Virus record (IMG/VR): IMGVR_UViG_3300005935_000016
Location: 1 to 55,295 of that record
Reading direction: 5' to 3' (one strand)
Source: a virus
Lineage: Duplodnaviria; Caudoviricetes
Length of the DNA: 55,295 nt
A model generated the notes under the pieces. It did no database searches and was not told where the DNA came from. It saw only the letters and a program-made list of their open reading frames with translations. Position 1 is the stretch's first letter. Each line of letters starts with the position of its first letter. Shown piece after piece: positions 1 through 9,173 of the stretch. The translations under genes were made by a program, and so were the position numbers.

Positions 1-65
1 TGGGAGACCACATTTATTATTATACGAAACAGATTTCGTTGAAAAGAGGAAAGGGGAACAAAAAA

Positions 66-2108
66 ATGAGTGAATTTAAAAAAATACAAGAAAAATTAAA
101 AGAACATTTTGAAACAATGTCAAAAGACGCAGATTTTATATACGCCGTTGACACAGAAAAAAACGAGTTGTGGGACATATATCTAAATAGTTTCCCTGAA
201 GGAACGAATGACATATATCGTGAGAGACGAGAACATGACTGTTCTTGTTGTAAACAATTTATTAATGCTATGGGTGGAGTTGTTGGAATCACTAACGGGG
301 AAGTAATCAGTATATGGGACTTTGAATTGAACCATGATGCATATGGACCAGTCGCGAAGGCATTGGCAAAACATGTTAAAGAAAAATTAATTAAAGATGT
401 TTTTATTAGCAAATTCAAAAGCATTGGAACAAAAGAAAATCACGAAGACGACAATGGTAACATCGTCACATGGAACCATTTTCACTTAGATTTACTACCA
501 AAGTTTGTCAATACAAGCAGCGATTCTATAGAAACAGTTAAAGCTAAATATAGAGACATTAAGGATGTATTCAAAAGATCCTTAGAAGAAATTTCAGAAG
601 AGTCAGTGTTAACAGTTTTAGAATTGATTTCACAGAACTCACTTTACAAAGGTGCTGAATGGAAAACAGTTTTAGAAAATTTTCATAAATATCAAAAAGA
701 ATATAAAACTCTTAATGGAGAAGAAAGAGACGTTTATTTATGGGACAAGGCAACATCTGTTGGTGGCGTAATTGGAAAAATAAAAAATCATAGTATTGGA
801 ACTTTGTTAGTAAATGTATCTAAGAATATGGATTTAGATATAGCCGTAAAGAAATATGAAGTGATTGTCGCACCTACTAATTACAAAAGACCAAAGCCAC
901 TTTATACTAAAAAAATGCTTGAAGACGCAAAGAAAAAACTTGAAGAGTTGGGTTTCATGGATTCATTGCAGCGAAGATTCGCAATACTCGAAGATGTAAA
1001 TGTCAACAATGTTCTCTTCGTAAACAGGGACGTTGAAAAGAAACTTCAAAGTAGAGACGTATTTGATGAGCTCGAAAAAGATGTTAAATTCAATCCGAAA
1101 ACATTCAGCAAAGTTGAAGAAGTTCCGGTTAACGATTTCATCGAGAACATTTTACCGACAATAAAGAATATGGAAATATTCGTTGAGGGTAGACATGCTA
1201 CAAATATGGTATCATTAATAGCTCCGTATAAAGCCGATAGCAAAACAATGTTTAAATGGGACAACAACTTTAGTTGGGCATATTCAGGAAACATTGCAGA
1301 TTCGGATATTAAAAAGAACGTGAAGTCTGCTGGTGGAAGAGTTGATGGAGTATTAAGATTTTCAATACAGTGGAATGACGAAAGAGAGCATAACAAGGAT
1401 GACTACGATGCACATTGTATGGAGCCTTGTGGAAATAAGATCTTTTATGCCAGTAAGACCAACCGTAATACAACTGGCGAGTTAGACATAGACATAATCA
1501 ACCCTACCAGAAACGTTCCAGCAGTTGAGAATATCACATGGACGAGAAAAGACAAAATGGGTAAAGGAACATACAAGTTCTTAGTACACAACTATACTCA
1601 CATGGGCGGTCAAGGCGGGTTTAAAGCTGAGATTGAATTTAATGGACAACAATACAACTTTGATTATCCACACCCATTGAAACAAAATGAAAAAGTTCAA
1701 GTAGCCGAGGTAACATTTGACGGAGAAAATTTTACAATTAAAGAAAAATTGCCTTCACAAATGTCATCAAGAGAAATTTGGAACGTAAAGTCGAACAACT
1801 TTGTTCCTGTATCGATAATGATGTATTCACCTAACTACTGGAATGAGCAAAAAGGTATTGGAAACAAACACTTCTTCTTTATGTTGAAAGGTTGTATCAA
1901 CGAGGAAACACCAAACGGATTCTTTAACGAGTATCTAAACAACGAGTTGACGAAACATAGAAAAGTATTTGAAGCATTAGGAAGTAAAATGAAAGTAGAC
2001 GACGCAGATGGTCAATTGTCTGGACTGGGATTCAGTTCGACACAGAAAAATTCAATCGTAGTACGGGTTGAAGGAAACACAAAAAGAGTACTAAAAATAA
2101 AATTTTGA
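66..2108 (+). CDS. Large conserved viral protein with C-terminal YfaP/DUF2135-like region
   Basis: Long ORF; ATG at 66 after AAGGGG. N-terminal HDCSCC motif; C-terminal LRFSIQWND..DYDAHC..LDID..VENITW pattern. Confidence 0.5.
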   Translation: MSEFKKIQEKLKEHFETMSKDADFIYAVDTEKNELWDIYLNSFPEGTNDIYRERREHDCSCCKQFINAMGGVVGITNGEVISIWDFELNHDAYGPVAKALAKHVKEKLIKDVFISKFKSIGTKENHEDDNGNIVTWNHFHLDLLPKFVNTSSDSIETVKAKYRDIKDVFKRSLEEISEESVLTVLELISQNSLYKGAEWKTVLENFHKYQKEYKTLNGEERDVYLWDKATSVGGVIGKIKNHSIGTLLVNVSKNMDLDIAVKKYEVIVAPTNYKRPKPLYTKKMLEDAKKKLEELGFMDSLQRRFAILEDVNVNNVLFVNRDVEKKLQSRDVFDELEKDVKFNPKTFSKVEEVPVNDFIENILPTIKNMEIFVEGRHATNMVSLIAPYKADSKTMFKWDNNFSWAYSGNIADSDIKKNVKSAGGRVDGVLRFSIQWNDEREHNKDDYDAHCMEPCGNKIFYASKTNRNTTGELDIDIINPTRNVPAVENITWTRKDKMGKGTYKFLVHNYTHMGGQGGFKAEIEFNGQQYNFDYPHPLKQNEKVQVAEVTFDGENFTIKEKLPSQMSSREIWNVKSNNFVPVSIMMYSPNYWNEQKGIGNKHFFFMLKGCINEETPNGFFNEYLNNELTKHRKVFEALGSKMKVDDADGQLSGLGFSSTQKNSIVVRVEGNTKRVLKIKF

Positions 2109-2122
2109 GAGGTAAAAACAAA

Positions 2123-2497
2123 ATGAAAATATATGAAACAGCAGTAAGACAAAAACTAAGGTTTAACTACAAAGGAGTATTAGCAGTCGAGGATCTTTGG
2201 GATTTAAATGTTATGGAATTAGATGAAGTTTATAAAGAATTAAATTCTAAGAAAAAACAAATTTCAGAAGACAGTCTGTTAGAAACGAAAAATGTTGCAG
2301 ATGTTATTTTAGAAACCAAAATAAAAATTGTAAAACATGTTGTAAAGACCAAACAGTTAGAGACTGAAACAAGGAAACTTGCGGCGGAAAGAAGAGAAAA
2401 GAAACAAAAAATTATGGCGATTATTTCAAGAAAACAGGATTCAGAACTTGAAGACAAATCCGCTGAAGAATTACACCAGATGCTTGAATCACTTTAA
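2123..2497 (+). CDS. Conserved viral coiled-coil protein
   Basis: ATG at 2123 after GAGGT; VEDLWDL motif; helical K/E-rich C-terminus. Confidence 0.6.
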   Translation: MKIYETAVRQKLRFNYKGVLAVEDLWDLNVMELDEVYKELNSKKKQISEDSLLETKNVADVILETKIKIVKHVVKTKQLETETRKLAAERREKKQKIMAIISRKQDSELEDKSAEELHQMLESL

Positions 2498-2499
2498 GC

Positions 2500-2520
2500 A
2501 TTTATTTTTTTCTTTTTTTA
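2500..2520 (+). terminator. Oligo-T archaeal-type terminator
   Basis: TTTATTTTTTTCTTTTTT immediately after the stop, no GC hairpin. Confidence 0.5.
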
Positions 2521-2538
2521 AAAAAAGGGTTAAATAAA

Positions 2539-3177
2539 ATGAAAGAACAAACAAAATTTTTAACTGAACATTGCGAGTTTAATAATCCGTGTGATTGTTA
2601 TGTCTTGTTAGCTGTCAGTAGAAAAAAGGACACTCCCGAAATTACTAACTCTCAAGAAATTGTATTTAGGGACGTTATTAAAAAAGAAGAAGATATTATT
2701 AAAAAGTACAACACAATGTCAGCACAAATTAAAAATTATAAAGACGAGAACGATAAGTCATATCCGTTTTATTTGTATGTATCGCTTAATGCAAGGGATG
2801 CTAAGAAAGCGACGTTCTTGTTAATGAAGAAAATATTACACTGGATCGAGGAAGAAGGCAAAGGTGTCGACAATAGTAAAATGTTTAAGAAGTTGTATGG
2901 TCACTTTTACTCGACGTTGATGACTAAAGAATGTAAAACTTCGAGTCAGAAATATTTTATGATAGATTATGATAGCAAAAAAGGTGTTATTGAATTTAGC
3001 GACAAATTGGAAAAATTTGCCGAAGTTATCGAAGGCCATGTGACAAGAAATGGTTACCATATAAAGACGAAGCCATTTGATAGAAGGAAACTAGAAGAAT
3101 TAAAAAAAGAGTATCCTGTAGAAGTTAAAACAGATGCTAATATTTTTGTAGAGTATATAGAAAATGGGGAGAAATAG
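2539..3177 (+). CDS. Archaeo-eukaryotic primase (prim-pol)-like protein
   Basis: hhhDxD (FMIDYD) followed by TxxGxH (TRNGYHI). Confidence 0.5.
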   Translation: MKEQTKFLTEHCEFNNPCDCYVLLAVSRKKDTPEITNSQEIVFRDVIKKEEDIIKKYNTMSAQIKNYKDENDKSYPFYLYVSLNARDAKKATFLLMKKILHWIEEEGKGVDNSKMFKKLYGHFYSTLMTKECKTSSQKYFMIDYDSKKGVIEFSDKLEKFAEVIEGHVTRNGYHIKTKPFDRRKLEELKKEYPVEVKTDANIFVEYIENGEK

Positions 3178-3179
3178 AA

Positions 3180-4037
3180 ATGGGATACATGCACATAGAT
3201 AATTTATATAAGAATATAGACATAATGAATTTCAAAGAATGCTATGCATTAGAAAAAATTCACGGTACATCTGCACACATCGGATGGAATCACGAACACC
3301 AAGAAATTAGATATTTTTCTGGTGGAGAAAAACATGAGAAATTTGTAAAACTTTTCGACCATGCACATTTGAAAACTAGGTTTTGCCAAGAATTTCCGGA
3401 CGTGAACGTCGTTTTGCATGGTGAAGCATATGGTGGGAAGCAACAGGGGATGTCTGAAACTTATGGAAAGGAATTAAAGTTTATTGTGTTCGATGTAAAG
3501 ATTGGAGAGACTTGGTTAGACGTGATAAACGCTGAAGATGTTACTAAAAAAATGGGATTGGAATTTGTAGATTATGTTCAGATTAAAACCGACTTGGAAT
3601 TGATTGATGCTGAGAGAGATAAACCATCCACTCAAGCTAAAAGAAACGGGGTAGTAGAAGATAAATTAAGAGAAGGTGTTGTTTTAAGACCTTTAACCGA
3701 ATGCACAAAAAGCAATGGAAAAAGAATAATCGTAAAACACAAACGAGACGAATTCAAAGAAACAAAAACCAAAAGAGAAGTCGACCCAGAAAAACTTAGA
3801 ATATTAAAAGAATCTAAAAAAATAGCAGAAGAATGGGTTACCCCTATGAGATTAAATCATGTATTAGACAAATTGAATAACCCCACAGAAATAGAACAGG
3901 TTAGAAAAGTTATAAGTGCAATGATTGAAGACGTATTAAGAGAAGCCAAAGGAGAAATAGTTGAATCTCAAATGGCTAAAAGTGCTATAGCAAAAGAAAC
4001 TGCACGATTATACAAATTAAGGATATCCAAGGTATAA
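3180..4037 (+). CDS. ATP-dependent RNA ligase, Rnl2-like
   Basis: Motif I EKIHGTS, GEAYG, FDVK, motif IV EGVVLRP, motif V KHK. Confidence 0.85.
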   Translation: MGYMHIDNLYKNIDIMNFKECYALEKIHGTSAHIGWNHEHQEIRYFSGGEKHEKFVKLFDHAHLKTRFCQEFPDVNVVLHGEAYGGKQQGMSETYGKELKFIVFDVKIGETWLDVINAEDVTKKMGLEFVDYVQIKTDLELIDAERDKPSTQAKRNGVVEDKLREGVVLRPLTECTKSNGKRIIVKHKRDEFKETKTKREVDPEKLRILKESKKIAEEWVTPMRLNHVLDKLNNPTEIEQVRKVISAMIEDVLREAKGEIVESQMAKSAIAKETARLYKLRISKV

Positions 4038-4041
4038 TAAA

Positions 4042-4338
4042 ATGAGAGAAGAATTAATGACAAATGAATATTATGATAAATTTAGTGCTAGAAAAATATG
4101 TAAAGTGTTTGAAATTAAGTTCGAGCTATTCGAAGTTCCAGAAATCGAGCTTGAACGTATTAGAGGGGAGGTATTTTTAGCAATTCATTTTAAAAACCGG
4201 ATTATAAGAATATCTCACAACCGAACGATGAATTTTTTAAAATCAAATAACTATGATCATTTTAGAAAATATGATAATTGCGACAATCCAGGAAAAGGAA
4301 AGTATATTTGGGCAGTTAGATATGAGGTAGACAAATGA
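4042..4338 (+). CDS. Hypothetical protein
   Basis: ORF tightly packed between its neighbours with an ATGA overlap. Confidence 0.6.
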   Translation: MREELMTNEYYDKFSARKICKVFEIKFELFEVPEIELERIRGEVFLAIHFKNRIIRISHNRTMNFLKSNNYDHFRKYDNCDNPGKGKYIWAVRYEVDK

Positions 4339-4748
4339 AACTAAAACAATTATTAGAAGAAGTAACAAAAATGATGCACCCTCACCCAGTATACGCAGTC
4401 GGTGGATGTGTTAGAGACTACATCTTAGAAATCGAACCGAAAGATTATGATTTTTGTACACCAGCTGAACCAGACGAAATAGAAAGATTAGTTAAGGAAG
4501 CTAAAAGACGTGCTTATTGTGTCGGGAAAAGGTTTGGAACTATTGGATGTAAGATTGATGGTGAGATGATAGAGATAACTACTTTCAGAACTGAAAAATA
4601 TGAAGAAGGAAACAGGAAACCTAAAGTTGAGTATGTGACTAACATTCACGAAGACTTAAGTAGACGTGACTTCACCATCAACTCCATGTGTATTTCTGGA
4701 AAAAAATTATTAAAACTTATAAAGATGAGGGAGAGAAAAGATGAGTAA
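4335..4748 (+). CDS. cca: Class II CCA-adding tRNA nucleotidyltransferase, N-terminal fragment (motifs A-B)
   Basis: VGGCVRD..KDYDF and DLSRRDFTINSM; ORF stops before motif C. Confidence 0.85.
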   Translation: MKLKQLLEEVTKMMHPHPVYAVGGCVRDYILEIEPKDYDFCTPAEPDEIERLVKEAKRRAYCVGKRFGTIGCKIDGEMIEITTFRTEKYEEGNRKPKVEYVTNIHEDLSRRDFTINSMCISGKKLLKLIKMRERKDE

Positions 4749-5451
4749 TTTTTGTGATTGTGGATGTGGTCTAGAAACTAAAAAATATCGTGGAAAATAC
4801 AATAGATTTATTGTTGGCCATAATAATAATTTTAAAAAAGGCCATAATATGAATATTGACAGAATACCTTAGAATAAAGGATTAACAAAAGAAACAGATG
4901 AGAGAGTTAGAAATTATGGAATAACTGAAAGAAAAACCAAGAAAAAAATGTATAGCAATGGAGAATTAACAACATGGAACAAAGGTTTGACCAAAGGAAC
5001 AGATGAGAGAGTAAAAAAAAGTGCAAAAAATTATCCCCAAAAAAGGAAATCCCCAACATATTCTCAAGAAGAATTGAAAAGAAGACAAAATAGTTTTAGA
5101 GGGAAAAATAATCCAAATTTTAATCCAGATAAATCAGAATTTACTAAATATAAATTACAATGCAGATTTAATTTCAATCCAGGTTTATTTCCAGATGAGT
5201 TTGATATTACTAAAATTAGAAACATGTTTCATCCGACTAAAAACAAAACAGGTTATACGATGGATCACATGTTATCTATTTACGATGGCTTTACTAATAA
5301 TATAGACTCTAACATATTAAAACATCCGGCAAATTGTAATATATTATTACATAGAGAAAATTCCAGAAAAAACAAAAATTCATCAATAACTTTAAAACAA
5401 TTAAATAAAAAAATTATAACATGGGGGAAAAATTATGGTGAATATAACTAG
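4741..5451 (+). mobile_element. NUMOD3-type/HNH homing endonuclease gene inserted in cca, with in-frame TAG at 4870-4872
   Basis: From ATG 4741: CDCGCG, P*NKGLTKETDERV and WNKGLTKGTDERV repeats, C-terminal DH..N..N HNH motif; in frame with the 4948 ORF. Confidence 0.75.
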
Positions 5452-6127
5452 AGAAGATATTATAGAATTTTGTTTGATAGACCCATTTAATGGTAGACAA
5501 GATTTAGAAAAAGGGATAATAAGAGCAGTAGGAATACCAAAACATCGTTTCAAGGAAGATAGTTTGCGTATATTGAGAGCGATTAGATTCGCGTCCAGAT
5601 TCGGTTTTGAAATAGAAGAAACTACTTACAAAAAGATGGGACGAATGTCAGTAAAGTTGTTAGAAATTTCTAAAGAAAGATGGATGATGGAAATGGACAA
5701 AATTTTAATGACCGACCATGTTCGAAATGGGCTAGAGAACTTATGGAAGTGCAACTGTTTTAAATATATGATACCAGAGTTATCATTACAATTTGATTAT
5801 GAACAAAACAGTCAGTATCACGATTACACTTTAGACGAACACACTATGAATGTCGTTGAAGATTGTCCTAAAGATTTAAACTTGAGATGGGCGGCTTTGT
5901 TGCACGACATCGGTAAACCTTTCGTAAGAACAAATAAAACAGTTAACGATGTATTCAAATCCAACTATGTAGATCACGAAGTATTGGGAGCAGACATGAT
6001 ATTGAAATTATCACGACATCTTAAATGGTCGAAGGATAGAACTAACACAGTCGTAGACTTAGTAAAAAATCACTTGAAGGAAGATAGTCCACTAAGAAAA
6101 TACGACAACATGAGAAAATTAAAATGA
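5435..6127 (+). CDS. cca: CCA-adding enzyme C-terminal fragment (motifs C-E plus HD domain)
   Basis: IDPFNG, EDSLRILRAIRF, ERWMME, HT..LLHDIGK..H. Confidence 0.85.
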   Translation: MVNITREDIIEFCLIDPFNGRQDLEKGIIRAVGIPKHRFKEDSLRILRAIRFASRFGFEIEETTYKKMGRMSVKLLEISKERWMMEMDKILMTDHVRNGLENLWKCNCFKYMIPELSLQFDYEQNSQYHDYTLDEHTMNVVEDCPKDLNLRWAALLHDIGKPFVRTNKTVNDVFKSNYVDHEVLGADMILKLSRHLKWSKDRTNTVVDLVKNHLKEDSPLRKYDNMRKLK

Positions 6128-6933
6128 AAGAAAACAAATTAGAAAACACGCCAGCCGTGTTCATTATATCAACCGGTCGAACCGCTACAAGATTTTTAGC
6201 TAAATACTTCGAACGTTACGATGGAATATTTTCATACCACGAAATCAAACCGGATTTGGTAGAACTCGGAGTCAAGTATGGACATGGTGAACTTACTGAC
6301 GAAGAGGCGTGGGACTTGTTTTATATAGACAGAATACAAATATTAGACAGTATGAAAAAAGAAAACGCAACACTGTGTATTGAATCTAACAACCGTTTCT
6401 ATTCGTTAGTTCCAGTAATTTTAAAAAATATGAAAAATGTTAAAATAATCCACGTAGTTCGAGACGGTCGAGACGTAACTCGGTCAGCAATGAACTGCTG
6501 GAAAACTCAGTCTTACGAATATACTAAACGAGTCGACTGTACATATTTTCCTGATGATAAAAATTTTAAAGATTGGAAAGATTTCGACATATTTCAAAAG
6601 GTTGCATATTGGTGGCGTAAAAAGGATGAACTAATTTACAAAGCTGTACAGGGAAAAGATAATTGCATGACAGTAAAATTCGAAGACATTTTCGACGAAG
6701 AAAACGATTATCCAGGAATGAAAAAGATTATAGATTTTGTTGGATTGGACAAAGAGGTTGATACAGAGTTTATGAAACAAAAAATTAATATTACTAAAGA
6801 ACACTGGTTCCCGCATTGGACACAGTGGGACGACGAAACAACTAAGAAGTTTATGTTAGTCGGTCGAGAATCATTAAAACTATATGGTTATTTAGATGGC
6901 GACGAAATGAAGTGGGAAGATTATCACTATTAA
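6124..6933 (+). CDS. PAPS-dependent sulfotransferase
   Basis: 5'-PSB loop STGRTAT, 3'-PB motif VRDGRDVTRS, KFEDI. Confidence 0.8.
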   Translation: MKENKLENTPAVFIISTGRTATRFLAKYFERYDGIFSYHEIKPDLVELGVKYGHGELTDEEAWDLFYIDRIQILDSMKKENATLCIESNNRFYSLVPVILKNMKNVKIIHVVRDGRDVTRSAMNCWKTQSYEYTKRVDCTYFPDDKNFKDWKDFDIFQKVAYWWRKKDELIYKAVQGKDNCMTVKFEDIFDEENDYPGMKKIIDFVGLDKEVDTEFMKQKINITKEHWFPHWTQWDDETTKKFMLVGRESLKLYGYLDGDEMKWEDYHY

Positions 6934-6949
6934 GAAGGAGAGAAACGAA

Positions 6950-7231
6950 ATGACAAAAGAAGAAAATCAATATTATGATAACGCTAAATATGAAGTTTTA
7001 GAAAATAAATTCATGATATTAGTATACAAAAAAACACTTTTCGGCAATTTACCTTGGCGCAAATGTTTTGCAACGGAGTTTTACGAGTGGGAAGAGGACG
7101 CAAATATGTTTATTATTAAAAGAAAAAAGAGAATAAGGAGAAATCAAAATGAAAAAAAGAGCACTGATAACTGGGATTACCGGACAAGACGGAAGTTTTC
7201 TAGCAGAATTTTTGCTAGAAAAAGGATATGA
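6950..7231 (+). CDS. Hypothetical protein
   Basis: GGAG RBS before ATG; the 3' end overlaps gmd by 83 nt so the true end is uncertain. Confidence 0.45.
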   Translation: MTKEENQYYDNAKYEVLENKFMILVYKKTLFGNLPWRKCFATEFYEWEEDANMFIIKRKKRIRRNQNEKKSTDNWDYRTRRKFSSRIFARKRI

Positions 7232-8168
7232 AGTATTTGGAGTAATTCGCAGAAATTCAACGCCTAACACTCATAGAATAAAACACTTGCTAGATAAAAT
7301 CACATTAATTCCTGGTGATATGACTGACGGCGAATCGATTTACAAAGCAGTCGAAACAGCTAAACCTCACGAGTTTTATAATTTAGCTGCACAATCTTAC
7401 GTTGCCGAATCTTGGTGCACACCGTACTCGACTTGTTTAATAACAGGTATGGGAGTAATACACTGTTTAGAAGCGATTAGAAAATACGAAAAAGATTTAG
7501 ATCATCAAATTAAATTTTACCAAGCTGGATCGTCAGAACAATACGGTTTAGTAGAAGAGACACCACAATCAGAGACAACTCCGTGGCATCCTAGAAGCCC
7601 TTACGCGTGTGCTAAGGTGTTTGCACACGAATTAGTTAGGAACTACAGGGAAAGCTATGGACTTCATGCAAGTGTTGGAATCTTGTTCAATCACGAATCA
7701 GAGAGACGTGGAGAAGAGTTTGTAACTAAGAAAATCACCAACGCTGTAGCACATATTATGACTGGAAAACAAGAACGATTTTCATTGGGTAACATGGACG
7801 CTAAAAGAGATTGGGGATACGCTAAAGACTACGTTGAAGGAATGTGGATGATGCTTCAGATGGAAACACCTGACGATTATGTTATTGGAACAGGTGAAAC
7901 ACATTCAGTTAGAGATTTCGTAGTAGCAGCATTTAAAGCGGTTGATAAAGAAATCATATTCGAAGGTGAAGGACTAAAAGAAAAAGGTTATGTCGACGGA
8001 ACTGTTGTATTAGAAATCAATGAGAAATATTACAGACCAGCAGAAGTTGATTTGTTATTAGCTAATCCAACTAAGGCTAGAACCGTTTTAAACTGGACAG
8101 CTCGAACAACATTCGACGGATTGGTAAAATTAATGGTGGAGCACGATTTAAGATGTTTGACCGAATAA
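7149..8168 (+). CDS. gmd: GDP-mannose 4,6-dehydratase
   Basis: ALITGITGQDGS, NLAAQS, YQAGSSE, SPYACAK, FNHES, RDWG. Confidence 0.95.
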   Translation: MKKRALITGITGQDGSFLAEFLLEKGYEVFGVIRRNSTPNTHRIKHLLDKITLIPGDMTDGESIYKAVETAKPHEFYNLAAQSYVAESWCTPYSTCLITGMGVIHCLEAIRKYEKDLDHQIKFYQAGSSEQYGLVEETPQSETTPWHPRSPYACAKVFAHELVRNYRESYGLHASVGILFNHESERRGEEFVTKKITNAVAHIMTGKQERFSLGNMDAKRDWGYAKDYVEGMWMMLQMETPDDYVIGTGETHSVRDFVVAAFKAVDKEIIFEGEGLKEKGYVDGTVVLEINEKYYRPAEVDLLLANPTKARTVLNWTARTTFDGLVKLMVEHDLRCLTE

Positions 8169-8584
8169 CGTTATTTTTCGCAATGTTGAAAATCAAAAAG
8201 AAACTTCGGAAAACTGTAGATACTTCAGAAAAATATTATGGTAAAAAGTTAAACAAAGAGTTGATTTCGATGTCAGAGACAGTTACCACTTTTTTGACTA
8301 GACACCAAAGAAGAAAAGTTCAGTTGCTACAAAAGGCGAGAGAGGATAAGGACGAAAAAATGCAACTGTCTTTATTATCTTTTATCATTGCATTAGATGT
8401 CGAGTTAATAGCTAACATATACAAAGTGTCTCCGAAGAAACAACGACATTTTTATCAGAAAATCGGCAAAATTATTACAGACAACGACAAAATAAGTAGT
8501 GAAGATATAACCAAAATAACGAAAGACGAAATAATGAACTTAGTAAACGACGAAAGTCCAAAACGACCATCATATTTTGGGTGA
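8153..8584 (+). CDS. Hypothetical protein
   Basis: ORF overlapping the gmd stop; no recognised motif. Confidence 0.55.
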   Translation: MFDRITLFFAMLKIKKKLRKTVDTSEKYYGKKLNKELISMSETVTTFLTRHQRRKVQLLQKAREDKDEKMQLSLLSFIIALDVELIANIYKVSPKKQRHFYQKIGKIITDNDKISSEDITKITKDEIMNLVNDESPKRPSYFG

Positions 8585-8600
8585 CTATATACTAGAGGAT

Positions 8601-8620
8601 ATAAAAGTTTATAAATAACA
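8601..8620 (+). promoter_or_regulatory. Archaeal BRE+TATA promoter
   Basis: ATAAAAGTTTATAAATAACA in an intergenic gap upstream of 8721. Confidence 0.65.
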
Positions 8621-8720
8621 GAGATTATCATATATTTAAGTAAAGAAGCGGTGATACGAATTCTTTAAATTACGATCAAGACAAGGCAATAAGACCAAGT
8701 CAAGATAGGAAAAAAACAAA

Positions 8721-9080
8721 ATGAGTGAAGAAAAAAAAATGATTGTCCCGACGGCGAAAGCTTGGGACGACGCAACTATGGGTAAATATATTAAATTACC
8801 AAACGACGGAACTAAACTTACATTGGGTATTACCAATTGGTCATTCTCAGAAAAAGTGTTTGATGAATCACAAGGACCTGTGATCATGATTGACATGGAT
8901 GTTTTTGAATACCAAGGAAATCCAGTAACCGACAAGGTATTTTCAAAAAGTGGAGCAAACTTTTTAAGTAAACTAAGACCGCATTTAGAAAGTCTTGAAA
9001 ACACGTCAAGAGTAAAGTTATCATTTTCACAACACGGAACTGGTAATAGTACTGTTTACGTTGTAGAAAAAGTTGAATAA
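8721..9080 (+). CDS. Hypothetical protein, possibly ssDNA-binding/OB-like
   Basis: Beta-rich 119-aa ORF leading the replication block; function inferred from context only. Confidence 0.45.
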   Translation: MSEEKKMIVPTAKAWDDATMGKYIKLPNDGTKLTLGITNWSFSEKVFDESQGPVIMIDMDVFEYQGNPVTDKVFSKSGANFLSKLRPHLESLENTSRVKLSFSQHGTGNSTVYVVEKVE

Positions 9081-9089
9081 ACTTTTTTA

Positions 9090-9126
9090 GTACAATAATT
9101 GTACACACGCATACAAAAATTGTATG
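9090..9126. promoter_or_regulatory. Two TACAA-N3-TTGTA palindromes, followed by a T-run
   Basis: GTACAATAATTGTAC (9090-9104) and CATACAAAAATTGTATG (9110-9126); cores are 21 bp apart. Confidence 0.45.
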
Positions 9127-9173
9127 TATTTTTTTATTTTTATTTTTATTAAAATTTTAAGAGGTGATTTTAA

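Noticed and set aside
1-60. Terminal repeat or circular join with the right end
   Set aside because: No repeat shared between the ends was seen and the right-end ORF is truncated, so completeness cannot be claimed.
4686-5479. Split intein in cca (N-half tail begins CISG)
   Set aside because: The tail is only about 20 aa, the C-half has no His-Asn before Cys/Ser/Thr, and CISG aligns with the normal sequence after motif B.
4709-5479. Group I or canonical BHB intron around the HNH gene
   Set aside because: The ORFs overlap with no noncoding core, and no convincing junction pairing was found by eye; only RNA data can fully exclude it.
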